Source of the DNA: Tubulanus polymorphus
Lineage: Eukaryota > Animalia > Nemertea
DNA: 64,000 nt
Direction of reading: 5' to 3'
Assembly (NCBI RefSeq): GCF_964204645.1
Contig: NC_134026.1
Location: forward strand, 29,670,150-29,734,149
Position numbers and translations under genes: made by a program. This document shows positions 1-13,419 of the stretch, piece by piece. Positions within the stretch are counted from its first letter, which is position 1, and every line of letters starts with the position of its first letter. The notes under the pieces are model-generated. The model had not been told where the DNA came from and searched no databases. It saw only the letters and a list, made by a program, of their open reading frames with translations.

Positions 1-845
1 TCTTTTCTTATACTCCGTTACTTGTGCATTACTCAATTCAACATCTTTTGATTGTTTGATTTTCAGCAGTGCTGTTTGTACTGTATCGTCTATACTGGCT
101 ATATTCCTATAAACAGTCGGTCCACCTTCGGTAGTTTTATCTAATTTAATCCATTTTGCTGCAATTGCTTTGCTGAAACCTATTTTAGCGTTGGGTAATT
201 TCTGTAAATAGGAAACACTTCACATGATTGCTGTATCAATATCTATCTAATATCCATGTATTGGTATCATCGATCATAGTTTACCATGAGTTCTTTATGT
301 GGAATGCCGTCAGCGGCAGGAACAGCATGATAAATCCTTGCTTCATAACTTCCATTTGAAGCTACATCTTCACCTTCTTTAGAAAGATCCCAGCGTTTAC
401 TTGTTTGCTGTTTAGTGTTGATTACCTTCAATAAAAAACAGAAACAATTACAAGTTACGGAATTTTTGCCATTATTTCTACATGTATCGACAATATCAAG
501 ACAATTTCCTGATTTGTGCAATTGTTTGGCACCCGCAACAGGTTAAGCCTTATTAGTGCATCTGTTGGATGCTTTACGTTAATCACAGCTTAGATCTGTC
601 AGTAACCTGTCAAATCTCATTTCACTAGTCACCGGCAGGCGGCGCTGATGATCGCTAAAAATGATGCAATCTGCAGCGAAAAGAAGATAAATACGACATA
701 CATCACCGAAACATTCAATACTCTTGATTGCTCCGACGATCTTTTGATGTTCAATACCGAATGATGTAGCGACTACTTCTGAATCGACGCCGTCCGGCGA
801 TTTATCTGATAAATATTGCAGAACACGTTCCGCCAAGTCGGCCAT
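1..845 (-). CDS. FARSA: Phenylalanyl-tRNA synthetase alpha subunit, 5' exons (gene runs off the window start)
   Basis: Exons MADLAERVLQYL...EHQKIVGAIKSIECFGD / VINTKQQTSKRWDLSKEGEDVASNGSYEARIYHAV...ELM / KIGFSKAIAAKWIKLDK match the FARSA N-terminus; GT-AG introns. Confidence 0.9.
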
Positions 846-1031
846 GATGATTCAATAAAATACTAAATTTGATTTGAATTTGTAGTAACAATATCAACAG
901 TTTGCAGTAAGCTACGATATCGACAGTTTGTTGAGACCGGTGACGGGCGACCTTGGATTCAACCGCCTTGCATTGAATAACAGCTGGTATTATACAAGCT
1001 ACTATCGTTTTCGACTCGTAAAAGTTATAAA

Positions 1032-3460
1032 ATGTCTTTATCCGCAGTATTATTGAAGGCAATTCGATGCTCAAATCCTCTGGGAAGATGCATGTCGAGT
1101 GGTTCATGTGAGTATCTGTTTAAAATCTCATTTGTTATTTTTATATGATCGCTCAAAAATATAAACTGTTGAGCTCAAACTGTTTGTGACTTTTCATCAA
1201 TCAAATATAAATGCGCGTTTTATTAACAATGATATTTGGTTTTATAACATTTGTGTAGCTTTAACTCGATTTAACTGGAAAGATGCGTTGAATCTGGAGT
1301 CTCAGTTGACTGATGAAGAGAAGATGGTGCGAGATCAATTTCACACGTATTGTCAGGATAAATTAATGCCGAGAGTTTTAATGGCGAATAGAAATGAAGG
1401 TATCGTAAAGTCCTAATTATCGAGTACCTGAGACATAGTATCACCAAGAACCTTTCTTTTTAAATATTCCTCATTTTTATTTCAGTATTTCATCGAGAAA
1501 TAATCACAGAGATGGGAGAATTGGGCGTTTTAGGGCCGACTATTCAAGGCTATGGCTGTGCTGGTGTTTCATCAGTTGCTTATGGTTTAATTGCAAGAGA
1601 AGTTGAAAGGTAAAATAACTTAAAGTTAAGATTCACGGTTTATAGCAATGGAAATTTCTGGAATTGATGTTTATTAGATAACCTAGTTTTTAGAAAAGAC
1701 CTGGAATTGAAATTGCCATGATTATGTTTGGTTTTATTTATAGGATTGATAGTGGATATAGATCAGCTATGAGTGTTCAATCCTCACTAGTTATGCATCC
1801 TATTCATGCCTATGGTACGGATGCCCAACGGGATAAATATCTACCTAAATTAGGTAAGTTTGTGAGTCGCAAATATTTGAAATCTGAATCTAGTTAAAGA
1901 TCTGAAAATGTTGTTGAATTAGAAACTGGAATTGTTGTGTTTATATTTGTTTAGCTAAAGGAGAATTAGTCGGTTGTTTTGGTTTGACTGAACCTAATCA
2001 CGGTAGTGATCCAAGCGGAATGGAAACTAAAGCTGTTTATAATTCTTCCAATAAAACTTATAAACTCAATGGAACCAAATCCTGGTGAGTGAATATCATA
2101 ACTGTGATTTTCCATCCTTGTCAAATTGAATTCTAATTTTCATTCTGTCTTGTATTTCAGGATCACAAATTCGCCGATTGCCGATGTTTTTATCGTGTGG
2201 GCAAAATGTGACAAAGACGGGGGTAAAATTCGTGGATTTATTTTAGAGAAAGGAATGAAAGGATTGTCAGCGCCGGTAATCGAAGGCAAGTTCTCTCTAC
2301 GTGCCAGTATAACCGGGCAAATAGTGATGGAAGATGTTGAAATTCCCGAGGAAAATCTGCTGCCAAATGTTATCGGTTTAAAGGTAAAGATAATTTATAT
2401 TTATCGCTGAACTACAGTAAACCTCGCCTTACTCAGACAAACTGGGCCCTGCAAAATTGGTCCAAGGTCAGCAAAGTCCGAGTTCAGGATCAGAAAATAA
2501 GTTAGGAAGTCAAAAAAATTATTTCCTTTTTGTCTGAGTTAGTCTAAAGTACAAGTTGGGAAGTTAGCCATGTCCAAGTAAGGCCAGGTTTACTGTACTA
2601 GAAATCACTACCAGGAATGGAAATTGATGTTCATTATTCGGATATTTCAGGGTCCATTCGGTTGCTTGAATAATGCCCGGTATGGTATCGCCTGGGGAAC
2701 TCTAGGAGCTGCTGAATTCTGTTTAGATACTGCCAGACAGTACACACTAGACAGAATACAGTTTGGTAAACCATTGGCTAAAAACCAACTCATACAAAAG
2801 AAATTCGCCGATATGTTGACTGAAATATCTGTAGGTTTACAGTCGTGTTTACAAGTTGGAAGATTGAAGGATCAAGGAATGTAAGTTATCAACCACTTCT
2901 AAGAGAACTTAACAACCATTATTTACCAAGTCCTTTAATGCTGAAGACAACATGTCAAATATGATTTGGTAACATTTATTTAATGTAGCAACTTTACAAA
3001 CACAAGATAAGTTGTTAAAAACATATTGAAGATATTACATTACAAAGTCATTATGGCAGTGATAGCCGGCAAAATGTGTTTTGAAAAACATTTAATCATA
3101 TAGGTACTGATGACGAAGACATTGTTAATATTCACGATTGTTTTCATTTTCAGAGTTGCTCCTGAAATGATCTCGATGATAAAACGTAATTCTTGCGGTA
3201 AATCATTAGATATAGCTCGTTTATCTAGAGATATACTCGGTGGTAACGGTATTTCTGATGAGTATCATGTTATACGACATTGTATGAATTTAGAGGCGGT
3301 CAATACGTACGAAGGTAAGACTTTAGTTTCATATTCATAGTAAATTTAGTAGAAGAATCGACGTTAATGACTTTCTTTATAATTTTCAGGTACACATGAT
3401 GTCCACGCGTTGATACTAGGACGAGCGATTACTGGAATTCAGGCATTTACATCTGATTAA
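1032..3460 (+). CDS. GCDH: Glutaryl-CoA dehydrogenase, mitochondrial (multi-exon)
   Basis: [107 protein letters not shown]; ATG 1032, TAA 3458-3460. Confidence 0.96.
2415..2595. mobile_element. Tc1/mariner(pogo)-type MITE in a GCDH intron
   Basis: TA|CAGTAAACCTCGCCTTACT ... AGTAAGGCCAGGTTTACTG|TA: terminal inverted repeats with TA duplication. Confidence 0.75.
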
Positions 3461-4106
3461 ACTCAAAACAATTCGTATTCAGCTGTAGTTATTTTCATCT
3501 TCTCTAAATAATAGTTGGAAGTATTTTAGTTGCTGCTATATCCTCTGCTGAAATGACAATGTTTGTAAATTGATGTGGATTCTAATGGCTTACCTCTCAG
3601 AGGTAATTTTTGTGTCTGTTTAACTTCTGTTTGTGATCAACAACAAAAAATACATTCCTCCAATTCATAATTTACCGTAAGTTATCGATATTCTAAGATC
3701 TGATGTTTTAAATGTGCTATTATGTTAACTCACCGACTCCCAATATATTCGATCATGTTCTGATTTGATGCAATATCGGTATACATGTAAATAGTGGGAG
3801 ACATTCTGTAAACGTTTTATAGAAATGTAGCTCCATTGGTGGTGAAGTTGTGTGTAAATAAAATGATAATATTTATATTTTAGATATATTGTTGTTTGTT
3901 CATATTTGAACTGTAGTGTCAGTGTTAAAGGATGATTGCTTCTATCATGCAATATGATAATTTACTCATAGATAGAATGGAGTTATAGATTTTAGTAGAG
4001 ATCTGTAGGGATTCAGTGTCTCCTCTCAATGCCGCTACGAATGACGATAATTACTGTAATATTACACCAGGCGGCTGATACATTCTCACCGATTACTTGC
4101 AACTGG

Positions 4107-6201
4107 TTAAACCCGTTCTTTATTACGGTCGTCATCTTGTCGGAGTTGTCCTTGCTGTGTTGGCTGATGTAAACCCATTGGACACAACGTATCTTTTGTA
4201 TCATTCATGACTTCTTTACAGGCTCGAGCGTAGCTATAATATACCGCAAAATTATTACTGATTATCGGTATGACTAAACCGCATAATAGGATACCGGTTA
4301 CAGCGCAAACTGAGCCGATCACATAGCCAGATTTACTGATCGGTAACATATCCCCGTATCCCACTGTCGTCATAGTAATTATTGACCACCAAAACGCTGA
4401 AAATATGTCCGGAAACGAGACCATATTGTCCAATTCAGCTTGGAATATCAGCAACGAAAATATAATCATTCCAATCACCAGGAATAGCAGTAAAGTGAAC
4501 AGTTCGCAAATGTTCTTTTTCATGACGATCATGAATATTTTCAGACTCTTGAAAATGTTCGATAATCTGAGAATTCGGAATACACGAAGAACGATGATGA
4601 AAACGAGGAAATTAACTGTATAGTAATACTCAGCTTCATCATCAGCAAGGGTTAATGATTTCACAGTGTTCATGATAATGATGTAAATCCAGTAAGATGA
4701 TGAAGCCAAGAGATCTAACCAATTTAGAACTGATTTCATGAACTGTAACTTCGCCGGTGACAAGAGTAACCGCATTAGAATATCAACTGATAAAACTAAA
4801 TTAATGACCACATCGAAATAAAACAACCATCTCAATGGTTTAGTCGTAGTAATCATCATTTTCTTAGGGTTTATCGGGTATGTGGGAATCAATGAAACAT
4901 TCGGTGGCGTCATGTACGGTATCGCGTTGTGAAAACCGAAATCGGCTTCCCGCGGTAGAGGATCGGTTCTACCTGCCGGGTGAAAGTAAACAGCCATTAT
5001 CAAAACTGATAACACAGCGAATATTCCAACACATATTGCGTAAATCTGAAACAGTAAACAAATATATAAGTAATTTTTTTTCATCATTGGAAAATGTTGG
5101 TGTTGACGATGAAGAATTACTCGAGGATTGAAGAGAAATGATGTTCCGGACCACTTGTTTCCGTAATAATCAACAAATTGGTTGTACAGATGTATGCCCT
5201 CCACCCATGAGAACTATGATTGAATTACTGCTAAAACTAATTAAGCCGAACTAATAAGTGAAGATCGCGAGGGATTCACACCTGGTGATGTTAAAGTACA
5301 CGATTGGATCGAAATGAATTTCGAGAAAGGCAATTTGAGCACAAAAACCCAGGATGAAGAAAGTACACAGTGAATTTAGTCTTTGGTTGATTCACCGCCC
5401 GTTATACTAGATAGATCTGACGCTTTGAAGATTTTATGTGTTTTTTCATAAATCTATGTGAAACTCGTAATATCAGAGAATGATGGGGGGCATTCGATAC
5501 CCATATGGCCACCACACCAGCGAGTGGGGCTCACTGGTCTCGTCACCAGAAATGACTGGCAGTAAGTAGACTTGTGGCGCAGAGACGCCGTCGGTTTGAT
5601 CAAGGGGTTACGATTTTGTCTTTTGGCTAATCATATCCTTTTTCATATTCCACTGTCTACGGGCCTGATTTCAGATACAAAAAGACGAATTGTTTTTTTT
5701 AAGGTATTTTTGATTTTATCTAAATCTTACCTTGGCAAGTGGAGAATAATCAGGATATTCCAGGGTTAACCATGCTCTTCTTAGAAATTTCTTGAAAGGT
5801 GTTAAATTCTCCATTCGATTTTCCTCATCCTGAAAATCCACGTGGAGTTCTGTTTGCAGATCTTTAACGGTTTCTCGAAACGAATCGTTTTCAATGAATT
5901 TTCGTCTGCAACAAGCCGGCATGAACCTCATCGGTATGGCCCAATATTTCAACTCCAATTCAAATCTCTCGACACAAGCACATGCGGGCACATGTAGTTC
6001 ACCGGTCCTGTAACTGTCTAGAATTACTTCAAAGTAAACCGCGGACCGATCGAAATAGAAAGTATTCGTAGCCAGATCATAGTTTTGATCATCTCGCCTT
6101 AGTTCAGACAAACGAGTATTTGAAATAGTTCTCAACGTCGAAAAACAAGTTGTAAAAGATCTCCCTCCAATATTCAGGTGAATAATGTCTTTCGGCCACA
6201 T
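4107..6201 (-). CDS. Voltage-gated K+ channel, Shaw/Kv3-like; two exons (6201-5731, 5045-4107)
   Basis: T1/BTB domain (IHLNIGGRSF...YFDRS, HX5C..CC Zn motif), S1-S6, S4 RVFRILR, pore FWWSIITMTTVGYGD. Confidence 0.9.
5120..5400 (-). pseudogene. Relic of an adhesion/secretin-class GPCR TM2-TM3 inside the Kv intron
   Basis: Minus strand reads NSLCTFFILGFCAQIAFL...C ESLAIFTY*FGLISFS, then after a frameshift SWVEGIHLYNQFV, resembling the class B TM3 motif WMLVEGLHLY. Confidence 0.45.
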
Positions 6202-7676
6202 GTCCTCAAATACAGAATCCGTATATTTTTCATAAAATTGGTTTTAAAGCAACGTTTGCCTTGTTAGTGTTTGCCTTGTAGTGATGTTATTCTTTCCAGC
6301 TACAGCTTGGTTAACGTGATGTCTAATCTTTGTAGAACCATAACTCGAAACTCCTCCAATTTAGTGGAAAATTCATCAAAATGTGTATGGTCGCTGCGGT
6401 GGATTCCTGGGATATGAGTTAAAGGGAGATTGATGCTGGCTATTCTGAGAGATCACAGGCAACATATCTCTCTGATAACTCCGCCAAGTAAAAACGGCGC
6501 TACAGAAGCGCTGCTGATAGCACCATTCTATATATCAACTGATCATTAGATTACGAACCATTAGTTTTGGCCATTTCCATTGATATGTAATATTCAAACA
6601 GTTATAAAAGCGCGTTTATTTACTTAATATCGAAAACATTAATGGGCGATAATAATGGCAATGTGGCGGACTCGAGGGATCTGGATGACGTGCGCTGAAA
6701 TTGGAGAAATTCAACGGGGATTCGAATGTATGGACTGTGCATCTGATTAGTATTCTCAATATTCTACTGTCTCTGGATGATTGATAATAAAATCAACCAT
6801 GTCACACATCTACGATAGTTGAATTGCTGGCGGCGGAAAGAACAGTCTGGACCCGACTGATTTTCTAGGGTATCAGAGATCATTGATTAAAATAACAACA
6901 ACAAACATCGATCCTCTCTCATATCAGGGAGGCACAAATCACGGCCTTAACAAATTCTGTTCCGAAAAGTAGCACTTAGTAGACTTGCTTCAAACCGTGA
7001 TATGAAACCAGAAACACCGACAAGAAATATAAGAACACACACGATCGAGTTTAAATATCTGAAATATATTGAAATCACAAAACCAACGAGTAAGAGGACA
7101 TTGCTAAAATGCTAATTACTACCACGACGAGACCGTCCATGCCAGTGTTTAATGGCAATTAATATGTTGTATTATTACATAGAGCGCACCATATTACTGA
7201 TCCTTTAATTATATACAATTATATATACAAATCTATATTATATTCTGTTGACATAAAGATTGACAACCCCCTTTCCACGAGTTGACCAGAAATGTAAAGA
7301 ATAATATTATTTTGAATGCAAACTTTAAGAGGTGGTTAGAAAAAGTTAAAGAAGATTAATCTACGTACACAATAAGGAGAAATTCAGTCACGACAGACAA
7401 TGATTTATTAATTACTAAATATAAAGACAATATTCACCTTCTACATCAAGATGATAACATAATATTATTGAAATCAGTTAACAAAGAAATACAAACAATT
7501 CTACAGCAACTCGACCTGAATTAGATCGACAATTGACTCGTTATGAGCATTGGTCTTCACGAGGGGGAAAGTCCGAAATTAGTGATGAAAATATAATATT
7601 TGAGTAATAAATGACACACAGGTAGGTTTACATGTACATATATCACAGAGTTTTAGTCATAATTACAGCGACACAT

Positions 7677-10568
7677 TTACTCCCAATTTTCCCAATCATC
7701 GTCCTAAAAATAGATCAAACCAGAAATTATTTCATTATCAGCTGAAATAACTTACAGGTTAATGTATGGTTTATATTTACTTACTGCTAAATCCACATTT
7801 CCGTCGATTGAAACATTTTTCGCGAGTTCCTGAGCTAATTTCAAATCTTCCTCAGTAATTTCCAAATCGAAATCTTTCTCCCAGTCATCTTCCAGACTAT
7901 CTGTAAGACATGCAGATAGAATGCGATTAGTTTTATGTAGATTTCCAGTAGGTAAATCTGACCGGATTTCACATTACCTTTCCCATTGCTGCTAGCTTCA
8001 CTACTGCTGATAGTAGGAGTAATAGAACCCATTCCGACTACAATCATATCTCCTTTTTCTTTAGTTTTCATATCAGTTTCACAGGCATCAACATCGCTTT
8101 TCGTTTCAATGACATCAGTGATTTGTTCTGGCTTTTCAGCAACTACTTCTGGTTCACTAACGGATGAATCTATGATCTTCCCATGAATGTTATTAGGATC
8201 AGATAAAGCATTACCTGCTTCTCCACTTTGAGCAATATTGTTCTTTTCTATAACGCATGTTTGTCCATCCGCAATATTAGATATGTTCTGAGCTGTAGCA
8301 TCAGCATTTTGCACGTTCTCAATTTCGTTAATGTCTGAGGATTTTACAATAGTCTCATACACGATAGGGTCTCGTAAAACGGGATCAGATGTTTCGTTAT
8401 TTTTCTCCGATATCTGCTTCTGAAATGGCGTCGATTCTTCATTCGAAAGTTTCTTAACAACTTCAGTTTCATCTTCAGAATCTAATGAATAAATGAATGG
8501 AGTTTCGATCAAGTAATATTGTTAAACGTGAAGACTTGTGTAGTATTTTTCAGGTTAACTGATTCTATTGAGATTATGAGCCTTCGATACTAGCGCATGG
8601 TAGCTTTATCAGGTAAATGAGTTTTTCTAAATTGGCTTTACGCTACTATGAACTCCTCGCAAAAGCTCGTAATCTCAGTCTTCAAGTTTATTGATTCAAG
8701 GTCCCTACAGATGGGTAATTCCTGGATATAAGGAGTTTTCAAGGCGTTCGAAAGGAGAAAATTTGTACAACTACAAACATTTCTAATAGCCTATTTTTCT
8801 CAAAATTAAAGGAATTTTGGGCATTTTGCTCAAATAAAAGGAGTTTCAAGCACCTTTAAAAGCATTTTCAGTTAAGTAGGAGTTTCGAAGAAATCAAGTA
8901 GTCGTTAAGGACCTGGTGATTTGACACCAGGTTTAACACGGCTCCTCTACAATTCTTCTTCGTGTCAAGCACAATATTTACCATTTCCCCAGTCGACATC
9001 TTCATGAATACTTCCAGCGATATCATTAGCTCGTTTCTTAAGATCAGCGCGCCTCGCTTCATCCTGTTCCAGTTGATGAATCCGATAGAAATATCTCTGC
9101 CAGAATACTGCATGAGATATCACTGACGGAACCTACATTATAAAATATCGATTTAGAAGTAGAAATTTGCAAATAAACGCTAGAATGTTTGAGCCACAAT
9201 GTAAGAACTGAATTGTTTTAAACTACGCTAAGACATCTACCTTTTCATTATGGTTTTCACACTCTTCAATATTGAAATTGAAAATTCAAAATATCTTTTC
9301 ATCATTTGGTATTGAATGGATGCGTTGATTTAATGCTACTAACCATTTGTGTGTATAAAGTACGGACTTCTATTTTTGAAACCAGTAACTCTGATATGAT
9401 TCCCTTCTTTTCATCCAAATTAAAATCATTCAACCATTCATGAAACTGTTCTGGTGGACCACTCGGTTCTTGACAGTACGTCTCTGGATCTACTTGTATG
9501 GAATGAAGTCTAGCCTGTTGTTAGAAAGTAACAAATACCGGTATAAGAATAAGTTCAGGTTGCCAAACTGCACAATATCATACTTACAACAATAGATCAT
9601 ATACCTTTGCTTTGTCAAATATAGGGGTTGGGTCTCCTTTATTTGTGTAAACTAGAAGCTGTTCATCTTCATCATCGGGTTCAATCACTAAAGCTTTAGA
9701 TATTCCATTCAAAAATGAAGTCAAACCAGCTTTTACTTTATTTGTTGCAGCTGATGTCGTTTCTTGCTACGAGAGTAAAAATACTAATAATTGATTTATC
9801 GAATAGCTGTTAGATAAAAAAAATCACTTTTAAACAAACAATTGTTTAAGTAACAGAAAGCAATGCTGGTATTTTGTGCCTTTCAGTTTCAAAGACATCG
9901 AGATTTAATCGTTAACATCATGAAAGTTCTCAAGATACCAAACATAAGGTATATCACCAAAAAAGAAAATGACTTAGGCCTATAAGGTGAAAAAATAGAA
10001 ATGTTTAATTCAAATCATATGATGGTTGGTTTCGTACAATCCTATAGTTAACTTTTACTGGTATTTAAACTTACATTTAGTTTGTCTTTAATAGATTCAC
10101 TGGTGCCTTTGACGACTTTCTTCGTTTCCACTTGCATTGTCTGAGAAAACTCACTGAGATCTTTGGAAACTAAATCATACGCAGAAACTGACTGTAAAAA
10201 AAAACAGCAACAACAAAATTGACAGTGAGTGAAACTTTACAGGTAGTTAATACAAACTGAAATGACCTACTCGGTATCATTCACTGATCATAAATCACTG
10301 ATGTAATGGTGCTTTGTTGATGAATATGGTGAATAAAAAGGTGATGATGATGATGATGATGACATCAAATAAACTGAATTGGATTATGTAAATTCGTTAC
10401 CTTGTCTTTAACAGTCTGTAGCCAGTCTCCCCACCAGTTCCCACATGCTCCTCCTCCAGCTGCTCCTTCGCTACTACAAAATACAACAATCAAAACCTCC
10501 ATAATTAGCATTCCCTGTAAAAATCCCCGATCAATTACTGAAGACGATTTAATTTACCTTTCAGCCAT
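7677..10568 (-). CDS. BSDC1: BSD domain-containing protein 1 (multi-exon)
   Basis: MAE.. / GNWWGDWLQTVKDK / ARLHSIQVDPETYCQEP / VPSVISHAVFWQRYFYRIHQLEQDEARRADLKKRA; C-terminus DDWEKDFDL..DDDWENWE*. Confidence 0.9.
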
Positions 10569-10886
10569 TTTTGTTGGTATTTCCCAGTATGACGTCACAA
10601 TGCATCCATAGTTTTAGGAAATCGCGTTGGTGGCGCGGCGAGAGCTGTCAAATCACGGAGGCCACGCGTGTTTGTTTACTTTTAAGCAAGGTGATTGTTT
10701 ACATTGATATCCAATCAGCGCGTCCGAATTGTATTATCTGACACGGAAGTTCCAGGTTGGAGAAACCATGTAAGCAATTAAAAGTCATCAACGTTGACGT
10801 AAATTGAGTCACCAGTTCTAGATATAAGCGGTCAGATCCTGTTACAATGTTCATTTGGAGTTTTGTTTGCATAAACGACAAGGAAA
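10569..10886. promoter_or_regulatory. Putative bidirectional promoter BSDC1/FBXO4
   Basis: 318 bp between divergent ATGs; locally CpG-rich; TGACGTCA (CRE), CCAAT and TGTTTAC motifs. Confidence 0.6.
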
Positions 10887-12989
10887 ATGTCCGTAGAATT
10901 GGAAACAGTGACTGTGTTGAAATCGTTACCTGACATAAGGATTAACGTAGCTGAGGAAAATGAAATTTCCTCGTTAACTCGGGGTTTCCCAAAAACAGGA
11001 TATTATCCAAACTGTGGAACAGTAAATTGTCACAATACGAACTGGTCTTCGTCACCAGTATGTCAGTCTAATTGTGCCTCGATGCATGATTCAACCGACA
11101 ATTTTCTAGTGAAGTATACTGTAACGTCTGGAGTTGATGAACACGAAGATGAAATCAGCATCAGTCGATTGGGAATTCATCAATCTAAGGATCAGGAACT
11201 TCCAGCAGGAAACATAACACGAAATACAAACAAAATGTGTTCATCGTCAGATATTTATTTACATGATGTTCATATTACAAGTTTACCAGTAAGTATAAAA
11301 TCTACCATTTCTTCTCTTATACAAATGGTTTTGCATTTCATGCAAATAGTAGATTTTCAATGCATCCAAGTTGCGATCATTTCAATGTATCAATATTTCG
11401 AATGACTTTAAATCAGATACAGTACCGTTAATTAATCTTCATCTCATATCTAATTAAAGTATCTTTCGTGAATTCACGATCAAAGGTGGACTCTCTTTAC
11501 AGTCCACGATTCAATGGACCCCGAGGAATAAGTTACACGATTACATTCAGAAACGATCATATGAAATATAACCAATATTGAAAATTTAAACACGATGATT
11601 TCATTCGTAGAGAGAGGTTATGTTACACGTTCTACGATACTTAAACGGAAGAGATTTATGCGTCGCATCAGCTGTATGTAAACAGTGGTTCGATTGTAGT
11701 AATGATGAATGGCTGTGGCAAATGAAACTGAAAAATGATATGTACCACTGGAAAATCATTAACCATCGAACTAATCCAAATATGTATTGGGAATGCGCTT
11801 CTGACTGGACCAGTAAAGAAATGTAAGGCTCACACTGTACCGTACTCAGTTCATGAAAAACGCTAAGCTTAAAACTGTTAAATTTGAATTGTTGTCCTAA
11901 TGAAAACTTAACCTGTTATTGCAATTAAAAATCAAGATTCTTACATTTCTTACAAAGATCATCGCTATTTTCTCACGTATTAATTCCCCTCCAGATATTT
12001 GAGATGTTGTCCAGATACAAATCAACAACGTGGTCATCACCAAGAAGTCGTCGGGTTCATGAATCTAACTTCGTTTATCCGATCATTTTTACCGAAAACA
12101 CCACCGAGAATCGCAATGTTCGGACCCGGATTGGAATCGAAAACGAGCGTCATAGCCGCTAAAATAATGCGAGACCAGGGAGAGCACTTTTTAACAACGG
12201 GTCTCGTGCCAGGCATAGCAGGTATAGCTATATATTTACAACTGTATCAATGATTGATCTATCCAGAATATCGTGAATCTGTAATCAATAAATGACATGT
12301 TATTTCAGGTGTCGGATCCGGTGTATCGTTCAAACTGAGGAATAAACTAGATTTTCAACTATCTCTACTTTATTCAATGACTAAAAAACAAAGAGAAAAC
12401 TTGACGATTTACGGCGATAGAATCAAACATAATCACATGTTAAAACGTAATGAGGCGAGTGGTGACGATTATAAAAGTCAATTGGAGTTGAATACATCTA
12501 TACAAGATTTGTGCCGTTTGGTGGCTGGATTCATTTTTGTTATAAATGTCGAAACTCAGTCAGCGGATGATCGTAAGTATAGAAATCACCTGAAGTAATC
12601 GCTTAACTCATTGAAATGCTCTCTGGTTATGATTGATGATTGTTTCTGTAGTAAGTGTAGCTCATCACGAGTTGTTCGCTATGGTTAATGAACGTTGGTC
12701 GCTGCAGAAAAAACCGCTTCTAATATTAGCGTGTGTTCGTGAAGCCGATGATAAAGCAATACCTGTGATTGATGTTGTTAAACATCTGAAACTCGGTAAA
12801 CTGAGGAGGCCCTGGCAGGTGACTAATTTCGCAATCAAGCCGTTTCCGAAGATGAAATCTACTAAATGTAATAATTCAACTAAAATAATTCTTTCATTCT
12901 CTTTGCAGATTATGAATTGTTCGTTAGACAAACTGGAAGAAATCTGTGATGGATTTCAGTGGGTTATTGAACGATGTCACCAACCATGA
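10887..12989 (+). CDS. FBXO4: F-box only protein 4 (multi-exon)
   Basis: F-box ITSLP/REVMLHVLRYLNGRDLC...SNDEWLW; PRIAMFGPGLES; GIAGVGSGVSF; GFIFVIN; PLLILAC; stop at 12989. Confidence 0.85.
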
Positions 12990-13419
12990 AAACTTTCATA
13001 AATACTCTTATCATATTCTTTCAATGATTTGTAAATTATTGTTTCTATAAACTTGTTATATTCTATAATATCCGTTGTGATATCAAAATAGATTCTGAAT
13101 CGGGAAAATATGAGGGTTTTAATTATGTTTTGAGGATTCGAATACAATTAATGACAGTATTAAACCGCTCGACAGAATGGATATAAAAACCACTTTATCG
13201 CATACGAGACACATATATAAAATGCATTGTTCACTCATAGAGATCTAGAGACACATGATTCACAGTATTATCAATAATTCCTGTTTCTATCACAAATACA
13301 CCAATAACTGATTCGCGTGATATTTTGAATGGCAGCAGTTTGAAACTTTATTCTCGGTATCAAAGCACCAGTACTGCGATAAAGAATGAAATCAAACCTA
13401 ATTTTGCTCGGCTCAATTT

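Noticed and set aside
5046-5204. N-terminal part of the 365-aa ORF as part of the Kv protein
   Set aside because: It lies upstream of the TTTCAG acceptor at 5046 and is intronic
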